Origin: a virus
DNA: 64,000 bases
Virus record (IMG/VR): IMGVR_UViG_3300042549_007519
Location: 6,174-70,173 of that record
Strand: one strand, 5' to 3'
Shown here: piece after piece, positions 63,174-64,000 of the stretch
Layout of the letters: every line of letters begins with the position of its first letter
Position numbering within the stretch: position 1 is the first letter of the stretch
The notes under the pieces: generated by a model
The model's input: only the letters and a program-made list of their open reading frames with translations
What the model was told of the DNA's origin: nothing
The model's database searches: none
Made by a program: the position numbers and the translations under genes

Positions 63174-64000
63174 CATATCCTTACTGCCCTACCTACCTAA
63201 CTACTGCACCAGTTCCAAACCCACCAGAACCCACTAAACGAGCCATTTCCAGAATGATTTAGGCATTTATTTTCATGTACTCTTGCATATATAAAAACAA
63301 GGCATTACATTTGCCTTATGGGATTTTGATTTCAAAGTGTTCAGTCCACTTTGAGTAGATTTTTTATTAATAATACAATACCCACCCAGCATCTACAAAT
63401 CTTCGGAATTGCGTGTGTTATAAAGGTTTTAAAGTTCAAGTTCAACAGTTACTTCACAAAGTCTGGGTGGTTATTTTTTCAAATTGATGTCAAGTTTTTT
63501 GTCATAGTTGCCTTTTTAAATTTTTATCATTGAATTAAGCCGTTTTTACGGCTTTTTTTGTACCCAAACAATACAGAATACCAAACAACCTACAAAATAG
63601 CCTAAAACCCAACAAAACACAGCTTTTCGGCTATATCTACACAATACCAAAACATACAAAAAGCAAACAAAACCCTTTTGACTTAAAATAAGGCGATTTA
63701 AGAGGTTATTTTTAGTTAAGTGATATACTTGTACCAAAATGAGGTAAAAAGTTAATCAGAGTTAAAAAAAAGGGCGTTTGTGCATATAGATATAGTTATA
63801 TTTAATTCTGCAAATGTGAATAGTTCGTAATTCATGTATAATCTTAAAAACCCAGTTTGAGTATATTTCAGCAAGTGAGTTTTTTGTGTTAATCAGCAAG
63901 TCAGTTTTATATTTTTTTTTGGGGTGCATATTTTTTTTTTGGGAGTGATGTTTTTTTTGACAAAGAAATTCTACAAAGAAATTCAGATGTGATATTTGGG

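Noticed and set aside
62498-63737. ORFs 62498..62713, 63351..63533 and 63546..63737
   Set aside because: Short and low-complexity, inside the repeat-rich region, with no recognisable motifs.
1-64000. Alternative genetic code, tRNA genes, integrase or att sites
   Set aside because: Standard code gives dense intact ORFs; I recognised no cloverleaf or recombinase by eye (tRNAscan not run).

Overview
A very AT-rich, densely coding phage genome segment. The host is probably Bacteroidota/Flavobacteriaceae, inferred from TAnnTTTG -7 promoter elements, the lack of Shine-Dalgarno motifs and a SusC-type carboxypeptidase-regulatory-like domain. The window starts inside a gene. Positions 1-3.1 kb (+) hold a PD-(D/E)XK exonuclease/RecT recombination module; nearly everything else is on the minus strand. 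I found no terminase, portal, HK97 capsid or tail genes. Instead there is an FtsK/HerA-superfamily (A32/P9-like) packaging ATPase and a 233-aa beta-rich putative major capsid protein in its own transcription unit, with two or three paralogs. About 40 small membrane-anchored proteins are present, including annexin-like, LEA_2, PG-binding, LRAT-like and GH108 domains. The window also encodes an HEXXH protease, spike-like proteins and a lysis cassette. Large polyvalent proteins carry metallopeptidase, GNAT and beta-clamp-like domains and repeated Phi-x-x-G-G motifs, and two small ART-like proteins sit beside them. Glycosyl- and acyltransferases and replication and early genes follow, and a ~1.9 kb non-coding, repeat-rich end region is a likely origin or terminus. 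The best reading is a large (>64 kb) tailless, internal-membrane dsDNA phage. All family calls come from motif recognition by eye; no database searches were run.
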